From Actinocrinis sp. (GTDB taxonomy: Bacteria > Actinomycetota > Actinomycetes > Streptomycetales > Catenulisporaceae): a stretch of DNA of 64,000 bases. Location of the stretch: the NCBI RefSeq assembly GCF_035605935.1, contig NZ_DATNGK010000266.1, forward strand, positions 24,688-88,687. Reading direction: 5' to 3'. Of the stretch, positions 18,573-28,145 are shown piece by piece. The position numbers and the translations under genes were made by a program. Each line of letters opens with the position of its first letter. Positions within the stretch are counted from its first letter, which is position 1. Below the pieces are notes generated by a model, which was given only the letters and a program-made list of their open reading frames with translations, was not told the origin of the DNA and ran no database searches.

Positions 18573-19967
18573 ATGATCGAAGAGACGCGAGGTCGCGCCA
18601 ATCCCCCTGACCCCGCCGTACCCACCTCATCCACCCACACCCACTCCACCACTACGCGCCGATCGCGCGTCACGCGGCTGCTGCCCGGCCGCTGGTCCCG
18701 GCTGATCGCCGCCGGGGCGGCCGTCGCGCTGGTCGGACTGTTCACCGTCGCGACCACCCAGGCGAACGCGGCGCTGCCCGGCCCGCCCTCGGGCTGGACG
18801 CAGGTTTTCGCCGACGATTTCAACGGCTCCAACGGCAGCGGCATCGACGGACAGTGGATGTACGACACCGGCCAGGGCGTCTGGGGTACCGGTGAGATCG
18901 AGAACATGACCAACTCCACCGCCAACGTCCACCTGGACGGCGCGGGCAACCTCGACATCACCGCGCTCGGTTCCGGAAGCAACTGGACCTCCGGCCGGGT
19001 GCAGACCACCAGCGCGAACGTCGGCGCGCCGGCCGGCGGCAAGCTGGAGGTCACCGCTTCGCTTCAGCAACCGACCGGCGGCCTCGGCTACTGGCCGGCG
19101 TTCTGGATGCTCGGTCCGGGTCAATGGCCTGAGAACGGCGAGATCGACATCATGGAGGACGTCAACGCGCTCTCCGAGGTGGCGGGCACCATCCACTGCG
19201 GCGTCTCCCCCGGCGGACCGTGCAACGAGGGCAACGGAATCGGCAGCGGGCTGCGCGGATGCGGCGGCTGCCAGTCCGGCTTCCACACCTACACGATGAT
19301 CCTCGACCGCACGAACACCTCGAACGAGTCGATCACCTTCTACCTCGACGGCGCGTCGTACTTCACCGTCACCGAGGGGCAGGTCGGCGCCTCGACCTGG
19401 CAGCAGGCCTTCGACCACAACCTGTCGATCATCTTCGACTTGGCGATCGGCGGGGCGTTCCCCAACGGCGTGTGCGGCTGCTCGACGCCGACTGGCTCGA
19501 CCGCGTCCGGCGGCACGATGCGGGTCGACTACGTCGCCGCGTACACCACTAACGGCAGCGGCGGCCCGCCGCCTCCGCCGCCCGGCTCCGGCGCGGTGAC
19601 CCTCGCCTACAACGGCCTGTGCCTCGACGTGCGTGGTGCCAACAGCGCCAACTTCACGCCAGTCCAGGTCTACACCTGCAACGGCACCAACGCGCAGCAG
19701 TGGAACTTCGTCCAAGCCGGCTCCACGCTGCACGCACTCGGTAAGTGCCTCGATATCAACGGAGGCGGGACGGCCAACGGCACGACCGTGGATCTGTACG
19801 ACTGCAATAACACGGCCGCGCAGGTCTTCATCCCGCAGTCCAACGGGTCGCTCTACAACCCGCAGTCCAACAAGTGTCTCGACGACACGGGTTGGGGCGG
19901 CTCTGGGACGCAAACCGAGATCTGGGATTGCACCGGTAACTCCAACCAGAAGTGGAATCTGCCCTGA
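18573..19967 (+). CDS. Secreted GH16 endo-beta-1,3-glucanase (laminarinase-type) with C-terminal ricin-B lectin (CBM13) domain
   Basis: The leader is signal/Tat-like (TRRSRVTRLL...VATTQANA). The GH16 catalytic motif is 'ENGEIDIMED'. A GGPPPPPPG linker follows, then three 'QQW'-type ricin repeats (NAQQWNF, AAQVF, SNQKWNL). The ATG at 18573 lies within ORF 18363..19967. Confidence 0.88.
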   Translation: MIEETRGRANPPDPAVPTSSTHTHSTTTRRSRVTRLLPGRWSRLIAAGAAVALVGLFTVATTQANAALPGPPSGWTQVFADDFNGSNGSGIDGQWMYDTGQGVWGTGEIENMTNSTANVHLDGAGNLDITALGSGSNWTSGRVQTTSANVGAPAGGKLEVTASLQQPTGGLGYWPAFWMLGPGQWPENGEIDIMEDVNALSEVAGTIHCGVSPGGPCNEGNGIGSGLRGCGGCQSGFHTYTMILDRTNTSNESITFYLDGASYFTVTEGQVGASTWQQAFDHNLSIIFDLAIGGAFPNGVCGCSTPTGSTASGGTMRVDYVAAYTTNGSGGPPPPPPGSGAVTLAYNGLCLDVRGANSANFTPVQVYTCNGTNAQQWNFVQAGSTLHALGKCLDINGGGTANGTTVDLYDCNNTAAQVFIPQSNGSLYNPQSNKCLDDTGWGGSGTQTEIWDCTGNSNQKWNLP

Positions 19968-22900
19968 TGTTCTCCCCCGTCGCTGATCGCAGCCGATCTC
20001 GGGCGCGGCGGCGAGCCATCGTGTACGCCGCGGTGCTCGCCCTCCTCGCGGGCCTGCTCGGGCTGGGATTCCAGCGGATCGCCGTGGCCGACACGGCCGC
20101 CGATACGAACATCGCACTCGGCGCCGAAGCCACCGCCTCCTCGGTCCAGGGGGCCGACACGCCGGCCTCCGCCGCCGTGGACGGCGACTCGACCACGCGG
20201 TGGTCTTCCGCGTGGAGCGATCCGCAATGGCTGCAAGTAGATCTCGGCGCGAACGCGGCGATCAGCGGCTTCTCGATCCAGTGGGAAGCCGCCTTCGCCA
20301 CCGCGTACCACATCGAGGTCTCCAGCGACGCGACGACGTGGTCGCAGGTCTCTGCGACCACGTCGGGCGCCGGCGGCACCGAGTCCGTCTCGGTGCCGTC
20401 CGGCACCACCGGCCGCTACGTGCGGCTGACCGGCACCGCGCGCACCACCATCGGCGGCGCGCAGTACGGCTATTCGATCTTTGAGTTCCAGGTGCTCGGG
20501 CACTTCACCCAGCAGGCAGTGAGTACGAGCACTGACGCGGTCAGTCTGCAGCAGGGCACGTCGATAGACCTGCCGGTGAAGCTGAACACGGCCTCGACCG
20601 CACCGGTCACCGTGGACTACGCGACCACCGACGGCAGCGCGGTGGCCGGCGCCGACTACACCGCGGCCGCCGGGACGCTGACCTTCGCGGCGGGTCAGAC
20701 CTCGCAGACGATCCATCTGGTCGCGCTACCGAACGCGCTGCACGCGCCGACCAAGACCTTCAGCGTGACGCTGGCGAACGCGAGCCCGTCCGGGACCGCG
20801 ATCGGCCCGCGTGCCACCACGACTGTCAGTATCCTGAACAACAATCCGGTGCCCAGCGACGGGGCGGTGGCGACCGTCGACGACTTCGAGGGCACGGTCC
20901 CATTCAGCAGCGGCAATCCGGGCATCTTCACCTTCTCCTCCGACGCCGCATCGACGCCCACGCTCACCCAGGTCGCGGCCGCTGACCGGCCCGGCGCCGC
21001 GAGCGGCAACCACGCGTTGCAGGTCTCTTACAAGATCAGCGGCTGGGGCGGGTTCTCGCACGACCTGGCCGCGGCGCAGGACTGGAGCGCCTATGACGGC
21101 TTCAGCTTCTGGGTCAAGGGCACCGGTTCGGGCCAGAAGGTCGAGTTCGAGGTCAAGATGGGCGGCGCGGACGCAGAGCACGCCGAGCTGTGGCAGTCCT
21201 TCTTCACCGACGACGTCAACGGCTGGAAGAAGGTGCAGGTCGGTTTCGCGAACCTGAAGAAGCGGGCCGACTACCAGCCCTCTGGCGCACCGAACTCCGC
21301 GCAGATCTCGCTGGCCAGCATGTGGGGTTATGCGGTCAATCTGCCCGGCAACTCCACGAACACACTGCGGTTCGACGACTTCCAGGTCTACCAGTCGCTG
21401 CAGACCATCCAGGACTTCGAGGGCGCGAACCCGATCACGGACACCAATGGCGCGCTCGCGAACACCGGCGCGTTCTCCTGGGGCGGCGATACCAACAGCA
21501 CCCCGACGCTGAGCATCGCGCAGCTCGACCGGCCGGGCGTGACCAACAACCACGTGCTGCGCGGCGCCTGGGTCTCCGACAGCAGCTACGGCGGCATGAG
21601 CTACGACCTGGCGACGAACACGCCGCAGGACTGGAGCCCCTACGCCGGCATCGAGTTCTGGTTCTACGGCCACAACCCAAGCAATGACGCGGTGCCCGGC
21701 TCCGGCGCCAAATACGAGTTCGAAGTGAAGATGGGCGGCGCGGACGGCGAGCACGCCGAGCTGTGGCAGACCTTCTTCACCGACGACTGGCAGGGCTGGC
21801 ACCTGATCCAAGTGCCGTTCTCCTCGCTCAAGCGGCGCACCGACTTCCAGCCCTCCGGCGCGCCCGGCAACACCACGATCGACCTGACCACGATGCGCGG
21901 CTTCGCCCTCACCGAGCCGGCCGGCACGACCAACGGCGAGTTCGACGTGGACCAGTTCGCGGTCTACGGAATCAACACCGGGACCCTTGGTGCGCACGTG
22001 AGCACCGCTCAGGCCGTCTACGCGGTCAACCCCGGCGGCACCGCCACGGTCGGTGTGACGCTGACGACTGACGGCGGCAAGGCGTTGGATCACGACGTGA
22101 CCGTCAACTACGCGCTCGGCGGCGCAAGCGCGGCAGCCGGCACGGACTACACCGATGCCAGCGGCAGCCTCACCTTCGCCACCGGTTCGGCCTCGGGCAG
22201 CACCCAGTCCTTCACGGTGCAGACGCTGCCGAACACGGCCGCCTCGACCGCGAAGACGATCCCGATCCAGCTGACGCCCACCGGCGCCGACGTGACCGCG
22301 GACAACCCGGTGGTGGTCATCAACGCGCACGGGCTGCCATATCTGGACTCTTCGCTGCCGGTCGCCAAGCGCGTGCAGGATCTGCTTTCGCGGATGACGC
22401 TGGATCAGAAGATCGGCCAGATGACGCAGGCGGAGCGCGGTGACCTGGCGCATCAGTCGGACATCACCGGAGCGGCGCTCGGCTCGCTGCTGAGCGGCGG
22501 CGGCTCGACGCCGACCCCGAACACGGCGCAGGCCTGGGCCGACATGATCGATTCCTTCCAGGCGCGGGCGCAGGCCACGGCGCTGCAGATCCCGCTGATC
22601 TACGGCGAGGACTCAGTACACGGAGACAACAACCTGGTCGGCGCGACGGTCTTCCCGCAGAACATCGCGATGGGCGCGACGCGTGACCCGGCGCTGGTGA
22701 AGCAGGACGGCCAGATCACCGCGACCGAGACCCGCGCGACCGGCGTCACTTGGGCCTTCTCGCCCTGCCTGTGCGTGGCGCGGGACGAACGCTGGGGCCG
22801 CACGTACGAGTCCTTCGGCGAGGACCCGGCGCTGGTCACCCAGATGGAGACCATCATCGACGGCCTGCAAGGGGACGGCGCGCTGAACAAGGACACCAGC

Positions 22901-24538
22901 GTGCTGGCGACGGCGAAGCACTTCGTCGGTGACGGCGGCACGACCTACGGCTCGTCGACCACGGGCTCGTACAAGATCGACCAAGGCGTCACTCAGGTGA
23001 CGCAGGCTCAGCTGCAAGCGCTGTACCTGGCGCCGTTCCAGGCGGCCGTGCAGCAGCACGAGGTCGGCTCGGTCATGCCGTCCTATTCGAGCCTGCAGAT
23101 CATCGGCAAGGACGCCGCGCCGATCAAGATGCATGCCCGCGCCGACATGATCGCCGGAGTGCTCAAGCAGCAGTACGGCTTCTCCGGGTTCGTGATCAGC
23201 GACTGGCAGGCCATCAACCAGCTCGGCCCGGACTACGAGACCGACATCGAGACCTCGATCAACGCCGGCCTCGACATGATCATGGTGCCGGACCAGTACA
23301 CGACCTTCGAGAACGACCTGAAGGACCTGGTGACCAAGGGCCTGGTGGCGCAGTCCCGGATCGACGACGCGGTCAGCAGGATCCTGACCCAGAAGTTCCG
23401 GCTTGGCCTGTTCGAGCAGCCGTACGCGGACCGGACCAACGCCTCGACCATCGGTGACGCGGCGCACCGGGCCGTGGCGCGGCAGGCGGCGGCCGAGTCG
23501 CAGGTGCTGCTCAAGAACGCGGCCGGAGCGGACGGGAAGGCAGCGCTGCCGTTGTCCTCGACCGCGAACATCTATGTCGCCGGAAGCAACGCCGACAATC
23601 TCGGCAACCAGGTAGGCGGCTGGACGGTCACCTGGCAGGGCGCCTCGGGCAACACGGACGTGGGCACCACCATCTACCAGGGCATGCAAGCCGATGCGCC
23701 GAACGCGCACTTCACTTACTCGAAGGACGCCTCGGCTCCTACTACGGGCTCTGATGTCGGCGTCGTCGTGGTCGGCGAAACGCCATACGCCGAGGGCGTG
23801 GGCGACGTCGGCAACGGCCACACGCTCGACCTGACGGCGGCCGACAAGGCAGCCGTGGACAAGGTCTGCGCGGCGATGAAGTGCGTGGTGCTGGTCGTTT
23901 CCGGCCGGCCGATGAACATCGCGCCGATTCAGGCCGAGGCAACCGCGATCGTGGCCTCGTGGCTGCCCGGCTCGGAGGGCGAGGGTGTCGCCGACACGCT
24001 GTTCGGCAAGTCCGCGTTCACCGGCCGGCTGCCCGATACCTGGGCCAAGCAGGTGGACACCACCACTTCGCCTGTGGACGTTGGCGTACCGCATACGACT
24101 GGAACGTACGACCCGCTGTACCCGTATGGCTGGGGCCTGCGGACCGACTCGGAGAAGGCACGCGTTACCGCAGTGCGCGATGCGTTGGCCAAGCAGCCCA
24201 GCTTCATCGCGCAGTTTGGTGCGGTATCGCTCAGCGCGCTGCTGGCAGCAAAGGGCAACTGGAACGCGGACGGCTCGGTACGTAACCAGACAGTGGCGCT
24301 GGTGCTGATCGGACTCGCCTCCCCAGCCGTCTCCGGTACCTCGCCCGCAGCGGAGCAGAACGCGAACCTGCTGGTCTCGGTCGTGCGCGACTTCGCACAG
24401 CAGGCGATCACGGCGGGCGGAGCGGCGGCCATGACGAAGACCGCGGCGACGACGGCCGACGCCGAGCACGCCCTGCTCAGCGGCGAAGCGGAAGCGGCGA
24501 TCAGCGGGTTGACCAAGGCGATGCTCACCGCGAAGTAG
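19967..24538 (+). CDS. Giant secreted multi-domain GH3 beta-glucosidase/exo-beta-glucanase (F5/8 type C + Calx-beta + 2 duplicated CBM-like modules + Calx-beta + GH3)
   Basis: The ATG overlaps the GH16 stop (TGATG at 19965-19969). Domains in order: signal peptide; discoidin 'DGDSTTRWSS...WLQVDLG'; Calx-beta 'VTVDYATTDGSAVAGADYTAAAGTLTF'; two ~170-aa paralogous modules sharing 'DFEG...(V/Y)EFEVKMGGAD(A/G)EHAELWQ(S/T)FFTDD..GW...QV.F..LK(K/R)R.D(Y/F)QPSGAP'; a second Calx-beta; and GH3 'LDQKIGQMTQ' and 'GFVISDW'. Confidence 0.88.
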   Translation: MFSPVADRSRSRARRRAIVYAAVLALLAGLLGLGFQRIAVADTAADTNIALGAEATASSVQGADTPASAAVDGDSTTRWSSAWSDPQWLQVDLGANAAISGFSIQWEAAFATAYHIEVSSDATTWSQVSATTSGAGGTESVSVPSGTTGRYVRLTGTARTTIGGAQYGYSIFEFQVLGHFTQQAVSTSTDAVSLQQGTSIDLPVKLNTASTAPVTVDYATTDGSAVAGADYTAAAGTLTFAAGQTSQTIHLVALPNALHAPTKTFSVTLANASPSGTAIGPRATTTVSILNNNPVPSDGAVATVDDFEGTVPFSSGNPGIFTFSSDAASTPTLTQVAAADRPGAASGNHALQVSYKISGWGGFSHDLAAAQDWSAYDGFSFWVKGTGSGQKVEFEVKMGGADAEHAELWQSFFTDDVNGWKKVQVGFANLKKRADYQPSGAPNSAQISLASMWGYAVNLPGNSTNTLRFDDFQVYQSLQTIQDFEGANPITDTNGALANTGAFSWGGDTNSTPTLSIAQLDRPGVTNNHVLRGAWVSDSSYGGMSYDLATNTPQDWSPYAGIEFWFYGHNPSNDAVPGSGAKYEFEVKMGGADGEHAELWQTFFTDDWQGWHLIQVPFSSLKRRTDFQPSGAPGNTTIDLTTMRGFALTEPAGTTNGEFDVDQFAVYGINTGTLGAHVSTAQAVYAVNPGGTATVGVTLTTDGGKALDHDVTVNYALGGASAAAGTDYTDASGSLTFATGSASGSTQSFTVQTLPNTAASTAKTIPIQLTPTGADVTADNPVVVINAHGLPYLDSSLPVAKRVQDLLSRMTLDQKIGQMTQAERGDLAHQSDITGAALGSLLSGGGSTPTPNTAQAWADMIDSFQARAQATALQIPLIYGEDSVHGDNNLVGATVFPQNIAMGATRDPALVKQDGQITATETRATGVTWAFSPCLCVARDERWGRTYESFGEDPALVTQMETIIDGLQGDGALNKDTSVLATAKHFVGDGGTTYGSSTTGSYKIDQGVTQVTQAQLQALYLAPFQAAVQQHEVGSVMPSYSSLQIIGKDAAPIKMHARADMIAGVLKQQYGFSGFVISDWQAINQLGPDYETDIETSINAGLDMIMVPDQYTTFENDLKDLVTKGLVAQSRIDDAVSRILTQKFRLGLFEQPYADRTNASTIGDAAHRAVARQAAAESQVLLKNAAGADGKAALPLSSTANIYVAGSNADNLGNQVGGWTVTWQGASGNTDVGTTIYQGMQADAPNAHFTYSKDASAPTTGSDVGVVVVGETPYAEGVGDVGNGHTLDLTAADKAAVDKVCAAMKCVVLVVSGRPMNIAPIQAEATAIVASWLPGSEGEGVADTLFGKSAFTGRLPDTWAKQVDTTTSPVDVGVPHTTGTYDPLYPYGWGLRTDSEKARVTAVRDALAKQPSFIAQFGAVSLSALLAAKGNWNADGSVRNQTVALVLIGLASPAVSGTSPAAEQNANLLVSVVRDFAQQAITAGGAAAMTKTAATTADAEHALLSGEAEAAISGLTKAMLTAK

Positions 24539-24613
24539 TCGCTCACCGCGCGGACAGTGCTCATCGAGAAGAAGGGACCTACGGGCGGCGTCCGGTCGGG
24601 CGCCGCCCGTACC

Positions 24614-25816
24614 ATGTCCTGCGTGACCTTCCGCCTTACCGCCCGCTGCGTACGCGGCCTCGAGTGGCTTCTCGCAGCCGAAGTGGCGGGCATCGCGGAC
24701 GGCGCGGCGCGCGAGATCACTTTCGGCGAACGCCAGGTGTCCTTCGAAACCGCCGAGATCGACGCGGGCTGGCTCGATCTGCGCACCGCCGACGATGTGC
24801 TGCTGGATCTGGGGACCTTGCACGGCGTCGACCACACGCGCGCCGCGGTGGCCGAGCTTTCCCGGCAGCTGGCCGGCATCGATTTCGGCACCGGGCTCGC
24901 CTTGGTGCAGCGAGCGCGTGGCGATGAAGGCGACGAACTCGGCGCGCTCGCCTTCGATGTGGTGGTGAGCCTGCTCGGCCGGCGCAACTACAACCGGTTC
25001 ATGGTCGAGGACGCCGCCGGTGAGGTCGTGGCCAAGGCGGTCGGCGCGCGGTACGCCTCACGCAATCCCGCGGCCGGCTTCGGCCGGGCACTCGGGGCGG
25101 CGGAGGCCGAGTTCACGGTGCGGCTTTCGCTAAGCGGCGACTCTGTCGACGTCGCGCTGCGCCTCTCCCGCAAGCCGCTGCATCGGCGCTCGTGGAAGCT
25201 GGCCACCGGCCCGGGCACGCTGCACCCGCCGTTGGCGGCCGCGCTCGCCCGGATCGGCGGCCAAGGCCCGCTGGAGACGGCGCTCGATCCGTTCTGCGGC
25301 GATGGCACCCTCGCCATCGAAACCGCGCACGCCTTCCCCGGCGCCCGCGTCGTGGCCGCCGACCTGGACGCGGAGCGCTTAGGCAATGCCCGCGCGAACG
25401 CCGCGCGAGCCCGCGTCGCGACCCGTACGCGCTTCGTGCTGGCCGATGCCGGGCGTCCGACGTGGGCCGACGGACGGTTCGATCTGCTGGTCACCAACCC
25501 GCCGTGGAATCGGGCCGTGGGCGCGGCAGGCTCGCTGGCCGAGTCGCTCGACCCCTTCTGGCGCACAATTGCGGGCGCGCTCGCGCCGCATGGCCGGATC
25601 TGCACCGTGGCCGAGGCGGATCTCGAGGTTCCGTCACGACTGGATCGGGCTGGATACACGGTCGCGCTGGTGCAGACGATCCGCCTCGCCGGGCGCGTCT
25701 CGCACGTCATCCTCGCCGCGCCCGGCTACAGCGCCGAGGTCCGGCTGCCCAACACGCTCGACCGGTGGCGTGAGCGCGCGATCCGGGCCGGAATCGTGTC
25801 AGACGGTGGCTTTTAG
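24614..25816 (+). CDS. SAM-dependent methyltransferase of the UPF0020/RlmL-like (NPPW) type, probably RNA-directed
   Basis: Motifs are 'LDPFCGDGTLAIE', 'VVAADLD' and 'DLLVTNPPWN'. The N-terminal ~190 aa may be THUMP-like. The start is the ATG at 24614. Confidence 0.65.
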   Translation: MSCVTFRLTARCVRGLEWLLAAEVAGIADGAAREITFGERQVSFETAEIDAGWLDLRTADDVLLDLGTLHGVDHTRAAVAELSRQLAGIDFGTGLALVQRARGDEGDELGALAFDVVVSLLGRRNYNRFMVEDAAGEVVAKAVGARYASRNPAAGFGRALGAAEAEFTVRLSLSGDSVDVALRLSRKPLHRRSWKLATGPGTLHPPLAAALARIGGQGPLETALDPFCGDGTLAIETAHAFPGARVVAADLDAERLGNARANAARARVATRTRFVLADAGRPTWADGRFDLLVTNPPWNRAVGAAGSLAESLDPFWRTIAGALAPHGRICTVAEADLEVPSRLDRAGYTVALVQTIRLAGRVSHVILAAPGYSAEVRLPNTLDRWRERAIRAGIVSDGGF

Positions 25817-26006
25817 GCGGCTCCTGGGCGGTGCATGCCGGAGGCGCCGCGGTGTCCAGTTGATCGGGACAGTCGTGTTCAGTTGAACGGGACAGTTGCC
25901 CGTCTCGTTGAGCGGGGCAGGGGTGTCCGCTCACGAGACAGGCAGCGGCGACCAGAAACTTCGCCGCGCAGTACCCGGCGGCGAGCGCACAGAGGACACT
26001 GGAAAC

Positions 26007-27161
26007 ATGGGAATCTCCGAGGTCGAGTTCCTCGGCCCGGACGACGAAGCCGAGCCGGAACCCGACGCTGCCGGCGCCGAAGGCCCGGCCGATTCAGCGG
26101 CCGGCTCAACCTCCCCAGCGCGATCCGAAGATGCAGCAGAGTCCGACCGCGAGGCCCTCGGCTCAGAGCCGCCGCGCCGCCGCGTCCAACTGCCGGGACT
26201 CGCGCTTCGCCGCCGGATCCGGGCGAACGCCTGGATCACGCCGGTCACCACGCTGCTGGCGGTGCTGGTCCTCGCAGTCGCCGGCGGCGCGTATGCGGTC
26301 GTGCGGCACCAGGACCGCACGAGCGACGACTTCGACGTCACGCTGATCTCCGCGCAGTACACGCTGCGGCAGGACGCCTCCGGCATCGATCTGGCGATGG
26401 CCGTGCAGAACATGGGCTCGACAATGATCGAGCTGACCGGGGTGTCGATCTACCAGCCCGGGCTGATCAGGTTCACGCAGGCCGAAGAGGCGCCCGGCGT
26501 CACCGAGTTCGAAGTCGGCTCGCCGCAGCAGTCCGCGTTCGGCCTCGGCACCGCGATCAATCCGGTCGCGATCTCCCCGCGCGACGTCGAAATGGTCACC
26601 GTGCCGTTCCGCTACGACTGCTCGAACCGGACCGACCCGGCGGTGACGCACACCGTGGGCATTACCGGATTCAGCTCGCGCGGCAACTCACGCACGATCC
26701 AACTCGCCCTCCCCCTCGATGCGACGCCCTGGCAGTCACGCGACGCACTGCGCACGGCGCTATGCGACCAGCCCTCGCCCCAGACCGACCTCAAGGTGGC
26801 GTACGGCGGTTACGGCGACACCATGGTGGGACTGACTCCGGTTCACTTCAATTACAGCCTGACGCTCACCGCGCCACCGAGCACCGTCGTCACGGTCAGC
26901 AGCATCTCGCAGGACAATCCCGGCATCAGCGCGACGACCGATCCGCCGGTGCCGGTTACCGTGCTCGACGGGCAGACCGTCCGGCTGACCGTCACCTGGC
27001 GCGTGATGAGCTGCGTCATCGCCACCTCGGTGCATTCGGCGCCCGGAGTGGAGATCACCGCTCTGGCGAATCAGACCACGCAGACCTGGGACGCGAAGCT
27101 CGGCGCGCAGTTCACCAAGGATCTGGACGCCGAGATCAGCACCGTCTGCTCCGGCGGCTAA
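26007..27161 (+). CDS. Membrane-anchored hypothetical protein (acidic cytoplasmic N-terminus, one TM, ~260-aa ectodomain)
   Basis: The ATG at 26007 follows GAGGA. The TM helix is 'WITPVTTLLAVLVLAVAGGAYAVV'. No known motif was found. Confidence 0.55.
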   Translation: MGISEVEFLGPDDEAEPEPDAAGAEGPADSAAGSTSPARSEDAAESDREALGSEPPRRRVQLPGLALRRRIRANAWITPVTTLLAVLVLAVAGGAYAVVRHQDRTSDDFDVTLISAQYTLRQDASGIDLAMAVQNMGSTMIELTGVSIYQPGLIRFTQAEEAPGVTEFEVGSPQQSAFGLGTAINPVAISPRDVEMVTVPFRYDCSNRTDPAVTHTVGITGFSSRGNSRTIQLALPLDATPWQSRDALRTALCDQPSPQTDLKVAYGGYGDTMVGLTPVHFNYSLTLTAPPSTVVTVSSISQDNPGISATTDPPVPVTVLDGQTVRLTVTWRVMSCVIATSVHSAPGVEITALANQTTQTWDAKLGAQFTKDLDAEISTVCSGG

Positions 27162-27333
27162 GCCCGTCAAGGTCTCATATCTACCTCGAGGCCTCATATC
27201 TACGCAGGCCTCGGACACGCCATGAACCGCCACACCGCAGTAGCGCGTGCAGAGGCATGCGAAAGGGAAAGGCGGGCATGTTCGAAGCCACGCGCGCAGG
27301 ATAGGACGGAGTGCCGCGATCGTGACCAGGACG

Positions 27334-28098
27334 ATGTACGACGGCGTGGACGCGAGCAGACTGCCGACGAACGCGCAACTCGTCGCCGGTTACGTGGACG
27401 GGTTGTACGCGTGGTCCGCCGCCGATTGGGCGAGGTTCCCGCATTCGGTCAAGGTGCGCATCGCCGTGTTGTCGGGCACGAACGACGGCGAGGTGCTTGA
27501 CGTCGAACCGGGCAATGCGACTCCGGCTGAATCAGTGGACTGGGTACTGCGGCGTCGCGGCGCGGGCGTGGACCCGACCGTCTACATGAACACCTCTACC
27601 TGGTCCACCGTGCGCTCTGCGTTCAGGGCGCGCGGGGTGGCCGAGCCGCACTACTGGATCGCCCAGTACGACGGGGTCGCCTCCCTGCCCGCCGGGGCGG
27701 TCGCCAAGCAGTACTACAACAACAACCAGGCGGGCTATGACCTGTCCGTGGTCGCCGACTACTGGCCCGGCGTCGACTCGGCGTCCGGGGGCACCTTCGC
27801 CGCGCGTCTCAGGAGGAACGACATGCACGTCGACCTGAAGCTGAACACCCCGGTGGTGTTCACCAATCCGGCGGCGGCGCTGGGCGGCAGCTCGACCATG
27901 CTGCTGGCCAGTGACTATGGCAACGCGACGGTGCGCGTGGCCACCTTCAGCTTCAAGAACAACAGCTGGACGGTGGTCAATCACACGGTCGCGGCGAACG
28001 GCGGCGCGGTGAGCATGCCGCTGCCCGCGGACACGAACAAGGTCTCGGTGAACGTGACGGACGGCGACGTCCCGGTCGGCCTCGACGTGCTCGCCTGA
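27334..28098 (+). CDS. DUF1906/Rv2525c-like glycoside-hydrolase-like domain protein with a C-terminal beta-rich domain
   Basis: 'VAGYVDGLY...KVRIAV......GEVLDVEPGNATP..SV.WV' resembles the TIM-barrel DUF1906 family. No signal peptide is visible. The start could be the ATG at 27334 or the GTG at 27322. Confidence 0.45.
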   Translation: MYDGVDASRLPTNAQLVAGYVDGLYAWSAADWARFPHSVKVRIAVLSGTNDGEVLDVEPGNATPAESVDWVLRRRGAGVDPTVYMNTSTWSTVRSAFRARGVAEPHYWIAQYDGVASLPAGAVAKQYYNNNQAGYDLSVVADYWPGVDSASGGTFAARLRRNDMHVDLKLNTPVVFTNPAAALGGSSTMLLASDYGNATVRVATFSFKNNSWTVVNHTVAANGGAVSMPLPADTNKVSVNVTDGDVPVGLDVLA

Positions 28099-28103
28099 TC
28101 GCT

Positions 28104-28133
28104 GTGCCGAGCTTGGGCGTGCCGAGCTTGGGT
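28104..28133. repeat. 15-bp tandem direct repeat x2 (GTGCCGAGCTTGGGC / GTGCCGAGCTTGGGT)
   Basis: Read directly in the 47-bp gap between convergent stops at 28098 and 28146. Confidence 0.6.
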
Positions 28134-28145
28134 GTCCCGGTCTCG

